Shown here in pieces: positions 10,432-18,915 of a stretch of 32,000 bases of DNA. The stretch comes from Pseudodesulfovibrio mercurii. Lineage in GTDB: Bacteria; Desulfobacterota; Desulfovibrionia; Desulfovibrionales; Desulfovibrionaceae. The stretch lies in the NCBI RefSeq assembly GCF_000189295.2, contig NC_016803.1:1590001-1622000 (forward strand), read 5' to 3'. Each line of letters begins with the position of its first letter. Position 1 is the first letter of the stretch. The notes under the pieces were generated by a model. The model did not search any database. It had not been told where the DNA came from and was given only the letters and a program-made list of their open reading frames with translations. The position numbers were made by a program, and so were the translations under genes.

Positions 10432-13400
10432 CTATTCATCCGAAACGGTCACGTTGACCATGAGCCCCGCCAGGGGGAAATGTATCCAGGTCTCGCGGAC
10501 GGGACGGCCGCTCGCCTTGGACATGGCCTCGGCATAGGCCGAAAGCTGCCCGGCGTAGGACGCCGCCTTGGCTTCCAGGCGGTCCGCGGAGCCGGTCGCG
10601 GTCTTGTGGTCGATGATCACGTCGGCCTCGGGCAGGCCGAGGAGCATGTCCACCCAGCCCGCCCCGCTGGCCGGGCCGCGACGGAGGTGCACCGGCCATT
10701 CCGTGCGCACGCCCGGGTCGCCGAACCGCTCCCCGATGAAGGCCGCCAGGCGGTCCTGCATCTCGCACAGGGTCGCCGCATCGACCTCGGACAGCTCCCA
10801 GTCGGCCAGGACGGCCTGCGCCCGCGTCTCCCGGACGGCCCGATCCAGCCCGCCGGGGACCGCCCCCAGAAAGGCATGCACCGCACTGCCCAGGCGGGCC
10901 GGGTCCTCTCGTTTCCCGATGGGGTACGGCGGTCCGATCCGGACGGCCTCGGTCCTCACCGTGCCGTTTGACGGGTACCCGCCCAAGGCGAAACGGGCCG
11001 GTTCCCGCCCGGCCGGCTCGACCGGAAGCGCGGGAGTGCGCGGGACTCCAGGCGGCGGGACCGCGCCTTCCGACTCCGGGGCGAAGGAGCCCACATCGAT
11101 ACGCGCCTGGTGGTCGGCCCCGACCCGGATGGTCTGGACACCCGGCTCCAGGGGAAAGACGAACACCTTTTCCCCGGTCTCGTCCACGCAGGCGTCCAGC
11201 CAACTGGTGGTGCCGTCGGTTTTGCCCGGAATCCGGGCGGCGAGGACGAGATGGTCGCGGGCCCTGGTCATGCCGACGTACAGCAGGCGGAGCCGCTCGC
11301 GCCGCTCCATGGCCTCGGCCCGCCGCTGGGCGGCGGTGCCTTCGAGGGCCTCCTCCAGGGCGGGAATCCTCCGGCCCGCGCCGAAGGGCCAGGGCCAGAA
11401 GCGCAGCCAGCGTCCGGCCAGGGGATTGTCCATGTCGAAGGTCTCGGAATCGGAGCAGACGTTCAGGCCGAAAATCCGGGGGTTGTCCACGGAGTCCATG
11501 CCGGTCAGGACCACCAGCGGCCATTCAAGCCCCTTGGAACGGTGATAGGTCAGCACCTGGACGGCATCGGACCCGCCCCCTTCGGCCTGCTTGTCCTCCT
11601 TGTCGGCGGCCAGGCGCGAGAAATGGGCGAGGAGTCCGGCCGACGTTGCGGGGGACCGCGAAGCGCCGCACGCGTCCTCATAGGCCAGGGCATAACCCCG
11701 GAGGGCGTCGAGATTGGCCAGCCGGTTGCCGGGGTGCGGCCAGGACTTGGCCACGGGCCGGGCATCGACGAGGCTGACGGCGAGGTCCAGGGTCTCCACG
11801 GCGGTCAACTGGACCAGGTTCGACCGGGCCGCATCCAGCCTGTGTATTGCGGGAATCCGTTCCTTGACCGCCTCCAGGTCGCCCGGCCGTACCAGAGGGA
11901 GCCACCAGTCCGGGCCTTCCTCCCCGGCGAGGAGCCGGGCCATCTCGGCCACGGCGAGGAGATCGCTCTCGTCCGCGAGGTAGCGGAACGCGGCCAGCGC
12001 GAGCTGCGTCTCGGGCTGGGCCATCAATCCGGGACGGGGGACCGCCGCCCGGATGCCCCGGTCATTCAGGGCCTCGGCCACAAGCTCGCACTCGTGATTC
12101 TTCAGGCAGAGGACGGCGATGTCTCCCGGCCGCAGGGGACGCGCCCCGCCGGTGGCCTTGTCCAGCACCGCATGACGCCCGGCCGACGAGAGCAGGTCCA
12201 CGATCCCGCTCGCCAGGCACGCGGCCTCGACGGTCTTGTTGTTGGCCTGAAGCCGCCAGCACATCAGGTGCGGGTCGTCCGTTTCGAGCTCGACGACCTT
12301 CGGGACCAGCTCCACCTGTGCGGCGGGGATGCCGTGCGGCCGCATCGCCGCGCCGAAAAAGGCGTTGGCGAAGCGAACCAGGTCCGGCTGGGAGCGCCAG
12401 CTCTCCCCGAGGACCTCGACGCGGTCCACGTTTTCGACCACGGCGTCCATGAGACCGGGATCGGTCCCGCGAAAGGCGTAGATGGACTGTTTCTGGTCGC
12501 CCACCCAGACGGACTTGCCCGCGACCTGCGAAAGGCGCAGGAAGAGGGCCAGCTGGATGGGGCTGGTGTCCTGGAACTCGTCCACCATGAGCAGGTCCAG
12601 CCGCTCCCGGAGCCGTTGCCCGATGTCGTCGTTTTCGAGGAGACTGAGGGTCAGCGCCTCCTGATCGGTGAAGTCGATCAGGCCGAGATCCTTCTTGTAC
12701 TGCTGGTACCGGCCCATGGCGTCCGACGCGCATTCGAACATTTTCCTTATGTAGGTCTCGACGTCGTGGTGCAGGCGCGGGTGGCCGAGGACCTGCTCCG
12801 CCAGCTCGGTGATCGGCTGGACGATGTCCCGGCTCTGTTTGCCGGGGGCGAATTTGGCGAGGGAGATCCAGTCCCCCCAGCATCCGGGCGCGCCGTTGCG
12901 CATGTTGTTCCGGATGATCCGGAGCCGGTCCCGGACCCCTTCCGTGGCCTTGGTTCCGTCTCCAGGAGCGGGGAGGTCCCGCAGGGCCTCGTCCACCGCC
13001 CGCCGCAACTCGTCGTCGAGCCGTCGGCCGTCCTGGAGAGAGAGGGGTTCGGGCAGAAGCTGCCGGAAGGATTCCCAGGATTTTTCGGCGCAGGCGAGGA
13101 GTTCGGCGCGGTCGATCCGGTTGGCCCTGGCCGCGTCGATGATGCGCTTGACCGGCTTGTCCCAGCTTTCCCGGAGATCGAACAGGCCGAGGGACCGCAA
13201 CACGGGCGTCAGCGGCGGCGTGTTGAGGCGCAGCACCTCGGACACGGCCGCACGGAACACGGCCGAATCCTCGCCGTCGGGCAGGACGTCCAGGTTGGGG
13301 GAAAGGCCCGCCTCCAGGGCGTAGTCCCCGAGGATGGCCCCGCACACGGCGTTGACCGTGCCGATGTATCCGTCCTGGATGCATTGGGCCGCGTCCGCCT

Positions 13401-13587
13401 TTCCGGCGGCGATCAGCCGGGAGCGGACCCTGGCCGAGAGCTCCGAGGCAGCCTTCCTGGTGAAGGTCGTGGCCACCACGCCGTCGGGCCGGACGCCCTG
13501 GTCCAGCAGACCCGCCAGGAGCCCCGTCAGGGTGTAGGTCTTGCCCGAACCGGCGCTGGCGCTGAGTATGGTCAGATCATTCGGCAT
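10432..13587 (-). CDS. AddA/RecB-like ATP-dependent helicase-nuclease (UvrD superfamily-1 helicase + C-terminal PD-(D/E)xK nuclease)
   Basis: Helicase motifs:
- I: SASAGSGKTY
- Ia: TFTRKAASEL
- II: LMVDEFQDTSPIQ
- III: VWVGDQKQSIYAFRG
- V: TYHRSKGLEWPLVVL
- VI: LLYVGMTRARDHLVL

Nuclease motifs are GSAVHAFL, GWVDMLL...VIIDHKT and QLSAYAEAM. A strong RBS GGGAGGG lies upstream. 1051 aa. Confidence 0.88.
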   Translation of the reverse strand: MPNDLTILSASAGSGKTYTLTGLLAGLLDQGVRPDGVVATTFTRKAASELSARVRSRLIAAGKADAAQCIQDGYIGTVNAVCGAILGDYALEAGLSPNLDVLPDGEDSAVFRAAVSEVLRLNTPPLTPVLRSLGLFDLRESWDKPVKRIIDAARANRIDRAELLACAEKSWESFRQLLPEPLSLQDGRRLDDELRRAVDEALRDLPAPGDGTKATEGVRDRLRIIRNNMRNGAPGCWGDWISLAKFAPGKQSRDIVQPITELAEQVLGHPRLHHDVETYIRKMFECASDAMGRYQQYKKDLGLIDFTDQEALTLSLLENDDIGQRLRERLDLLMVDEFQDTSPIQLALFLRLSQVAGKSVWVGDQKQSIYAFRGTDPGLMDAVVENVDRVEVLGESWRSQPDLVRFANAFFGAAMRPHGIPAAQVELVPKVVELETDDPHLMCWRLQANNKTVEAACLASGIVDLLSSAGRHAVLDKATGGARPLRPGDIAVLCLKNHECELVAEALNDRGIRAAVPRPGLMAQPETQLALAAFRYLADESDLLAVAEMARLLAGEEGPDWWLPLVRPGDLEAVKERIPAIHRLDAARSNLVQLTAVETLDLAVSLVDARPVAKSWPHPGNRLANLDALRGYALAYEDACGASRSPATSAGLLAHFSRLAADKEDKQAEGGGSDAVQVLTYHRSKGLEWPLVVLTGMDSVDNPRIFGLNVCSDSETFDMDNPLAGRWLRFWPWPFGAGRRIPALEEALEGTAAQRRAEAMERRERLRLLYVGMTRARDHLVLAARIPGKTDGTTSWLDACVDETGEKVFVFPLEPGVQTIRVGADHQARIDVGSFAPESEGAVPPPGVPRTPALPVEPAGREPARFALGGYPSNGTVRTEAVRIGPPYPIGKREDPARLGSAVHAFLGAVPGGLDRAVRETRAQAVLADWELSEVDAATLCEMQDRLAAFIGERFGDPGVRTEWPVHLRRGPASGAGWVDMLLGLPEADVIIDHKTATGSADRLEAKAASYAGQLSAYAEAMSKASGRPVRETWIHFPLAGLMVNVTVSDE

Positions 13588-16153
13588 GTTCCCTCCCGCA
13601 CAGGACCGCGTAGTCGCAGAAGCCGCAATTGACGGTCAGCCCGGCCAGTCCCGGCGCCTCGTCCGGCGTGTCCAGTCCCCGGGCGCGACAGGTGCCCGCA
13701 TCGAGCGAGGCCTGGCCCGCATGGTAGGCCTCGAGCGCTTCGGTCCAGAGGCCGGGCAGGTCCGCGGCCACGGACTCCCGTTCCTCGGCCCAGGGGGCGT
13801 CGGTGCTGATCAACTCCCGCTGGTTCAGCATGAAATAGGCCGCGTCCTTCCCGTCCCCGCCGAGGAGCCAGCAATAGGCCGCGAGCTGGAGGGCGCGCCC
13901 CTGCTCCATCTCCTCCCGGCGGTGCCGGCTGGTGCTCGACCACTTCATGTCCCAGGGAATCTCCGCGCCGTGTCCGTCCTTGAGCACCAGGTCCACATAT
14001 CCTACGAACTCCTGGCCCGCCTGGTCACGGCGCACGTTCTCCTGTTCGGACGCGTGGATGCTCAGTCCCGCTTTAAGAATCCTGGCGAACAGGCACTCGA
14101 CGGCGTCCAGGGCCTTTTCGCGAAAGACCAGCAGGGTGGTCTCGCGGCCCGGTTCATTCAGGGGCGCGGCCATCTGCGCGACGAGCGCGTCAAACAGCCT
14201 GTCCGCCCTTGCCCTGGCCTCGGACGGCGTCCAGTCGGTCTTCTCCCCGACCAGCAACTCGACCAGGCGATGGCAGAAGTTGCCGTAGAGCTGCCCGCCC
14301 TCGGGCGGTTCGGCCAGATTTCCGGGTCTGATGCGCAGGATGTACTTGAGGAACCAGCTCAGCGGACAGCCGAGAAAATTGATCAGGCCGGACGGTGATT
14401 CGCGAGGACGCCGTGCGGCCGGACCCTGGGGAAGCCGCCAGTCCGCGAGGGGGGCCACCGGGTTCCCCGGCCGGACGTCGGTCAGGCTCAGCGGGCAGCC
14501 GAGCAGTTCCGGCGCGGGATCGAGCAGGACGTCCGCCGCGCGGATGGTCCCGGCCTCCAGAACCGCCTCGCCCAGGGCGGCCGTCAGCTCGTCCCAGAGG
14601 GGGTGCGGCGCGACCGCCTGCCCCCGGACGCTGTCCGGCAGGACCAGGAGCACGGACTCCGCATGGCGGAGGGGCGCTTTCCAGGAACGGACCTCCATTT
14701 GCCGGGCATGGTCGAAGTCCCGCAGGTCCGCGCCGCCCCGTCCGAGGGTCGCGCGTTCGTCCCCGGTCCAGGGGAGAAAAAGCCTCGGGGGCTGCGTCTC
14801 GGAGAAATTCCACCAGACCAGCGTCCCGACCGGTCCCCGGACCTGTCCGGGCCGGGAGACCACCGCCCAGGGGGCGGCCTCGGCCCGTTCCGGCCCCTTC
14901 ACGCCCCCGCCGACCACGCTGTCGAGGATTCGGCTCAACTGCGCCTTGGTCACGGCATCCATGCCGGTCAGGGCGAGGGTCTCGGCCATCTCTCCGGCCA
15001 TGGCGGAGACGGCGGCGAGCACGTCCGCCCGATCGGGCGCGGCCATCCTCCCCGCCCAGTCCGAAAGCCGCCCGCAGACGGCCGTCACGGCCCCCGCGTC
15101 CACCGGGCTGCGCTGGTCGTGGCGCGAAAGGCCGGTCCAGAAGGCGACCTCCTCCAGCAGATCCCGGCCGTTCTCCCGTCCGGCGGCCCATTCCGCGCAC
15201 CGCGCGAGGGCCTTTTCCCACCGGGGGCCGCCGAGGCCGGGATGGGCGGTCAGGGCGTCCAGGAGATGCCGGGCCAGGACCGGATGGATCGGGCTCAGGG
15301 GGGCGGTCAGCAGGTCGATCAGGGCCGAGGGGGAAAACGGTTTCCAGAGCAGGGCGAGGCCGATGGGCAACAACTGCAAGGCCGTCCGCTGCGCGGACCG
15401 CGCGGATTGCCCCGTCACGGGCAGCCCCTGGCGCCTGAGCGCCGTGTCCAGTGACTGGCCGTCGCTTTCCGCCAGGAGCACGACGTCCTCCGGAGACGGA
15501 TGCGTGTCCAGCCAGGAGGCGAGAAGTTCCCCGGCCTCTTCGAGACTTGTCGTGCGGAGGACCCGGACAGCCGGACTGTTCCCTTCCGGGAAGCCCTGGC
15601 CCCGAAGCACCCCGTCCTGTTCGATCAACCGGACTCCGGCCTCCTCGAGCCGGGCGAAGAGCCGCCGCCAGGCCGAAGGCCACAGGCGGAGTTCCGCCTC
15701 AAGCGTCAGGGAGGACAACCCGCCGAGCCCCCAATCGGCGATGCGCGCGCCGATCGCGTCGATGCGTTCGGCGAGCCCCGGGGAGAGTTCCGCGGCCCGG
15801 GCTGCGTCGCGCAGCTCCCGCAGACGGCCCGTCGTCTCGGCGGAACCGTCCCAGCCCGCCATGCGCAACCCGTCCAGTTCGGCGAGAAGATGCCGGGCCG
15901 TGGACCAGGCGTCGGCCTTGAGCGACTGCGAATAGAAGGGTTCCGGACTGCCGTCGCAGGCCTTCAGCCCCCGTTGGAACTGGGCGATTCGATGCGTCTG
16001 GTTGTGCCGTTGCGGGGCCATTCCCAAACGGGTCTCCAGGACCGAAACGAGTCCCAGGGGACCGACCACTGCGACGCCTTCGGCCGCGTCCCTGCCAGCG
16101 AGGGCATCGGGCCATGCCCCGGAATCGTACTGGGGGCCAACAATCAGATCCAT
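13577..16153 (-). CDS. AddB-like subunit: degenerate helicase-like N-terminal region + Fe-S-cluster PD-(D/E)xK (Cas4/AddB-type) nuclease
   Basis: C-terminal nuclease features are SPSGLINFLGCPLSWFLKY (first Cys), GNFCHRLVE, GYVDLVL...WDMKWS, QLAAYCWLL and the terminal CGFCDYAVLC (C-x2-C-x5-C). No intact Walker A was seen. ATG 16153 is preferred (RBS AGAGG at about 16161-16165) over the track's TTG 16159. It overlaps the addA-like start by 11 nt. Confidence 0.75.
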   Translation of the reverse strand: MDLIVGPQYDSGAWPDALAGRDAAEGVAVVGPLGLVSVLETRLGMAPQRHNQTHRIAQFQRGLKACDGSPEPFYSQSLKADAWSTARHLLAELDGLRMAGWDGSAETTGRLRELRDAARAAELSPGLAERIDAIGARIADWGLGGLSSLTLEAELRLWPSAWRRLFARLEEAGVRLIEQDGVLRGQGFPEGNSPAVRVLRTTSLEEAGELLASWLDTHPSPEDVVLLAESDGQSLDTALRRQGLPVTGQSARSAQRTALQLLPIGLALLWKPFSPSALIDLLTAPLSPIHPVLARHLLDALTAHPGLGGPRWEKALARCAEWAAGRENGRDLLEEVAFWTGLSRHDQRSPVDAGAVTAVCGRLSDWAGRMAAPDRADVLAAVSAMAGEMAETLALTGMDAVTKAQLSRILDSVVGGGVKGPERAEAAPWAVVSRPGQVRGPVGTLVWWNFSETQPPRLFLPWTGDERATLGRGGADLRDFDHARQMEVRSWKAPLRHAESVLLVLPDSVRGQAVAPHPLWDELTAALGEAVLEAGTIRAADVLLDPAPELLGCPLSLTDVRPGNPVAPLADWRLPQGPAARRPRESPSGLINFLGCPLSWFLKYILRIRPGNLAEPPEGGQLYGNFCHRLVELLVGEKTDWTPSEARARADRLFDALVAQMAAPLNEPGRETTLLVFREKALDAVECLFARILKAGLSIHASEQENVRRDQAGQEFVGYVDLVLKDGHGAEIPWDMKWSSTSRHRREEMEQGRALQLAAYCWLLGGDGKDAAYFMLNQRELISTDAPWAEERESVAADLPGLWTEALEAYHAGQASLDAGTCRARGLDTPDEAPGLAGLTVNCGFCDYAVLCGREHAE

Positions 16154-16159
16154 ATTCAA

Positions 16160-16405
16160 CCTCTGCGACCGATGTCCGTTTCACCTGTTCCGCGCCGCCG
16201 GTGCGCGTTGTCGTCCCGGCGGACGTACCCGCCGTCCTGTGCGGCCGTTGGGGACACATCGATTTCCCGTTCAACGAGTTGTATTTTCAACATGGCGATA
16301 ACATGATGCTTTTTAACTATCCAGGAACAATTTCAGGATTATCGTTGACGCAAATTCCAGAATACGGAATACGGAGCCGATATCTTCAGTGCAAGGAGTG
16401 ACGCC
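16160..16405. promoter_or_regulatory. Divergent control region between the AddB-like operon and the WYL regulator gene
   Basis: An AT-rich core (about 16265-16400) stands out in an otherwise GC-rich window. Elements seen:
- -35-like TTGACG at 16345-16350
- TATCTT at 16381-16386
- tandem GAATACG GAATACG at 16360-16373
- alternating TCAAC-ga-GTTG-tatttt-CAAC at 16271-16291
- RBS AAGGAG before ATG 16406

About 110 nt of GC-rich sequence separates the AT core from the AddB-like start. Confidence 0.5.
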
Positions 16406-17401
16406 ATGCCCCCGAAGTTGGACCCGACGACCACGTCGGCGCAGAAGCTGATCAGCCTGTACAGCCTGTTGCTGTTTACCGGGCGGACCTATTCCCTGAC
16501 CGGTCTGGCCCGGCATCTCGACTGTTCCAAGCAGACGATCCTGCGGCTGGTGGACGCCCTTGAGGCCGGATCGTGGGCGCGCATCGAATCCTTCCGCAAG
16601 GGCGGGCAGCGCTGGTACCGGATGGTGCTTCCCGAGCAGCGACCGAAACTGTCGCTGGCCCCGGAGGAGATGCAGAAGCTGGCCCTGTGCAGGGATCTCG
16701 TCCTGCACCTGCTGCCCCCTTCGCTCCGGGAGAGCGTGGGGAACTCGCTGTCCAAGACGGGCGTCATGTTGCCCGACCTGTCCCGGCGGGCCGAGGCCCT
16801 GCGCCCCGTGGCCGCGTCCAGGACAAAGGGGAAGGTCGATTACGCGTCGTTCCAGGACCGGCTCGAGGCGCTGCTGGCGGCCGTTCACGGACGCAACATC
16901 TGCGAACTGACCTACCATGCGGCGAACGCGTCCGAACCCAAGTCGTACCATTTCGCCCCCATGCGGCTGGTCTGTTTCCACGACGCCCTCTACGTCCTGG
17001 GGCACGTGGTCTCACCGTCGAGCCCGTGGGAGATCCGCCACACCATAACCCTCGCGGTGCAGCGGCTGGTGGACATCGCGGTCACCGCCGACGTCCACGA
17101 TTTCCCGCCGGTCGAGGAAGGCGCGGGCAGCTTCGGTTTCATGCCGGGGACGAGATTCCGCGTGGTCGTCCGGTTCGACGAGAGCGTGGCCCGTTACGTG
17201 TCCGAACGGGTCTGGAGCGAGGACCAGGCCGTGACCCTCCGCAAGGACGGCTCTCTGGACCTGGCCATGAGCGCCACCAGCCGGTCCGAGGTCCTGGCCT
17301 GGGTCCTCGGTTTCGGCGAATTGGCCGAAATCCTGGAACCGGCGGAACTGCGGGAGGCCATTGCGGAAAAAATGGAATCCATGCTGGCGGCCTACAGGTA
17401 G
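16406..17401 (+). CDS. HTH-WYL-WCX transcriptional regulator (BrxR/CapW-like)
   Basis: N-terminal wHTH YSLTGLARHLDCSKQTILRLVDALEAG. WYL-type core SYHFAPMRLVCFHDALYVLGHV. C-terminal WCX-like WSEDQAV...VLAWVLGFGELAEILEPAELREAI. 331 aa. RBS AAGGAG. Confidence 0.85.
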   Translation: MPPKLDPTTTSAQKLISLYSLLLFTGRTYSLTGLARHLDCSKQTILRLVDALEAGSWARIESFRKGGQRWYRMVLPEQRPKLSLAPEEMQKLALCRDLVLHLLPPSLRESVGNSLSKTGVMLPDLSRRAEALRPVAASRTKGKVDYASFQDRLEALLAAVHGRNICELTYHAANASEPKSYHFAPMRLVCFHDALYVLGHVVSPSSPWEIRHTITLAVQRLVDIAVTADVHDFPPVEEGAGSFGFMPGTRFRVVVRFDESVARYVSERVWSEDQAVTLRKDGSLDLAMSATSRSEVLAWVLGFGELAEILEPAELREAIAEKMESMLAAYR

Positions 17402-17657
17402 ACTGCCCGAAAGGGACTGCACGCGTCGGTCGCCACCGCCCACCGTATCCCCGGAGTCCGAGCAGCCTCCCTCGCCAAGGGCTGCGCAAGGATTTTCCAC
17501 TTCGGGTCTGCAAGGGGGGGGCATGTCGATGCGGGATTTCCCACAAGCGAACAGGCCTCGGTCCCGCCTTTCAAATGGGGAAAACACGACACGGGATACG
17601 ATGCGCACGGAGAAGTATTTCGGAAAAGCCCCGTTTCCAGGCTATTTCCCGCTGGGG

Positions 17658-17781
<124 letters not shown>

Positions 17782-17916
17782 ACGTCGTTGGGTGGAGGGT
17801 AATTATCCAAGGGGCGGACGGTTGTCAACCGGAAAATCAACGCCCGGTCTTGTGGATTGATTCGGGCGCGGTCTTGCGGTAGGAATTGAGGCTGGTCGGA
17901 ATCATTGGGAGAATCA

Positions 17917-18915
17917 ATGGGCCAGGTCCTCAAAAAAATCGTCATCAAATTGCTCTGGGTGGGCGTGGTCTTTCTCGGGATCACGGTCATCAGCTTCTGG
18001 GTCATCCATCTGGCCCCGGGCTCGCCCACGGACCTGCAGACCACGCTCAACCCCGAGGCGGGTGTGGAGGCGCGGCTGCAGCTCGAAAAGCTCTACGGCC
18101 TGGACCAGCCCCTGCACGTGCAGTACGTGGGCTGGCTGAAGCGGCTGGTGCGCCTCGATTTCGGCCAGTCCATGTCCGGCGACCACCGGCCGGTCTGGGA
18201 CAAGATCAAGGAGCGGCTGCCCCTGACCTTCGGCATGAACGTGGCCTCCCTGATCCTGACCCTGCTCATCGCCGTGCCCATCGGCGTGGCCGCGGCCTGG
18301 TGGCGTGGCGGGGCCTTCGACAAGATCTCCACGGTCATCGTCTTCATCGGCTTCGCCATGCCCGGCTTCTGGCTGGCCCTGCTGCTCATGCTCTGGCTGG
18401 GCATAGCCTGGCCCATCCTGCCCATCTCCGGCCTGACCTCCATGGGCTTCGCGTCCATGTCCGGCCCCGAACAGTGGTGGGACGTGACCAAGCACCTGAT
18501 CCTGCCCATCTTCATCTACACCTCGGGCTCCTGGGCGGGCATGTCCCGGTTCATGCGCTCGTCCATGCTCGAAGTCCTGCGCCAGGACTACATCATGACC
18601 GCGCGGGCCAAGGGGCTGTCCAGCCGCGTGGTCCTGTTCAAGCACGCCCTGCGCAACGCGCTCATGCCGGTCATCACCATCCTCGGCCTGTCGGTCCCGG
18701 CCCTCATCGGCGGGTCGGTGATCATCGAGTCCATCTTCGCCCTGCCCGGCCTGGGCCAGCTCTTCTACCAGGCGGTCATGGCCCGCGACTACCCGCTGAT
18801 CATGGGCTCCCTCGTGCTCGGCGCGGTCCTGACCCTGGCGGGCAACCTGCTGGCCGACGTGGGCTACGGCCTGGCCGATCCGCGCATCCGCGTGGGCAGC
18901 GGGAGGGATCGATGA
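17917..18915 (+). CDS. Peptide/nickel ABC transporter permease (DppB/OppB family)
   Basis: N-terminus [26 protein letters not shown] is typical of DppB/OppB. It is a multi-pass membrane protein. ATG 17917 with RBS GGGAGA is preferred over the track's TTG 17905. Confidence 0.88.

Noticed and set aside
8566-13632. 801-aa (8566-10971) and 840-aa (11110-13632) plus-strand ORFs across the defence operon.
   Set aside because: They are antisense to the McrB-like and AddA-like genes, which carry complete catalytic motifs. The shadow ORFs are low-complexity (G/R/P/V/H/D-rich) with no recognisable domains.
15699-16401. ORFs crossing the divergent control region (15699-16274 minus strand, 191 aa; 16114-16401 plus strand, 95 aa), considered as possible leader peptides or a small fifth gene.
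   Set aside because: They have no RBS, have Arg/Pro/Gly-rich or nonsense composition, and largely overlap the AddB-like 5' end. This is better explained as untranslated leader plus promoter DNA.
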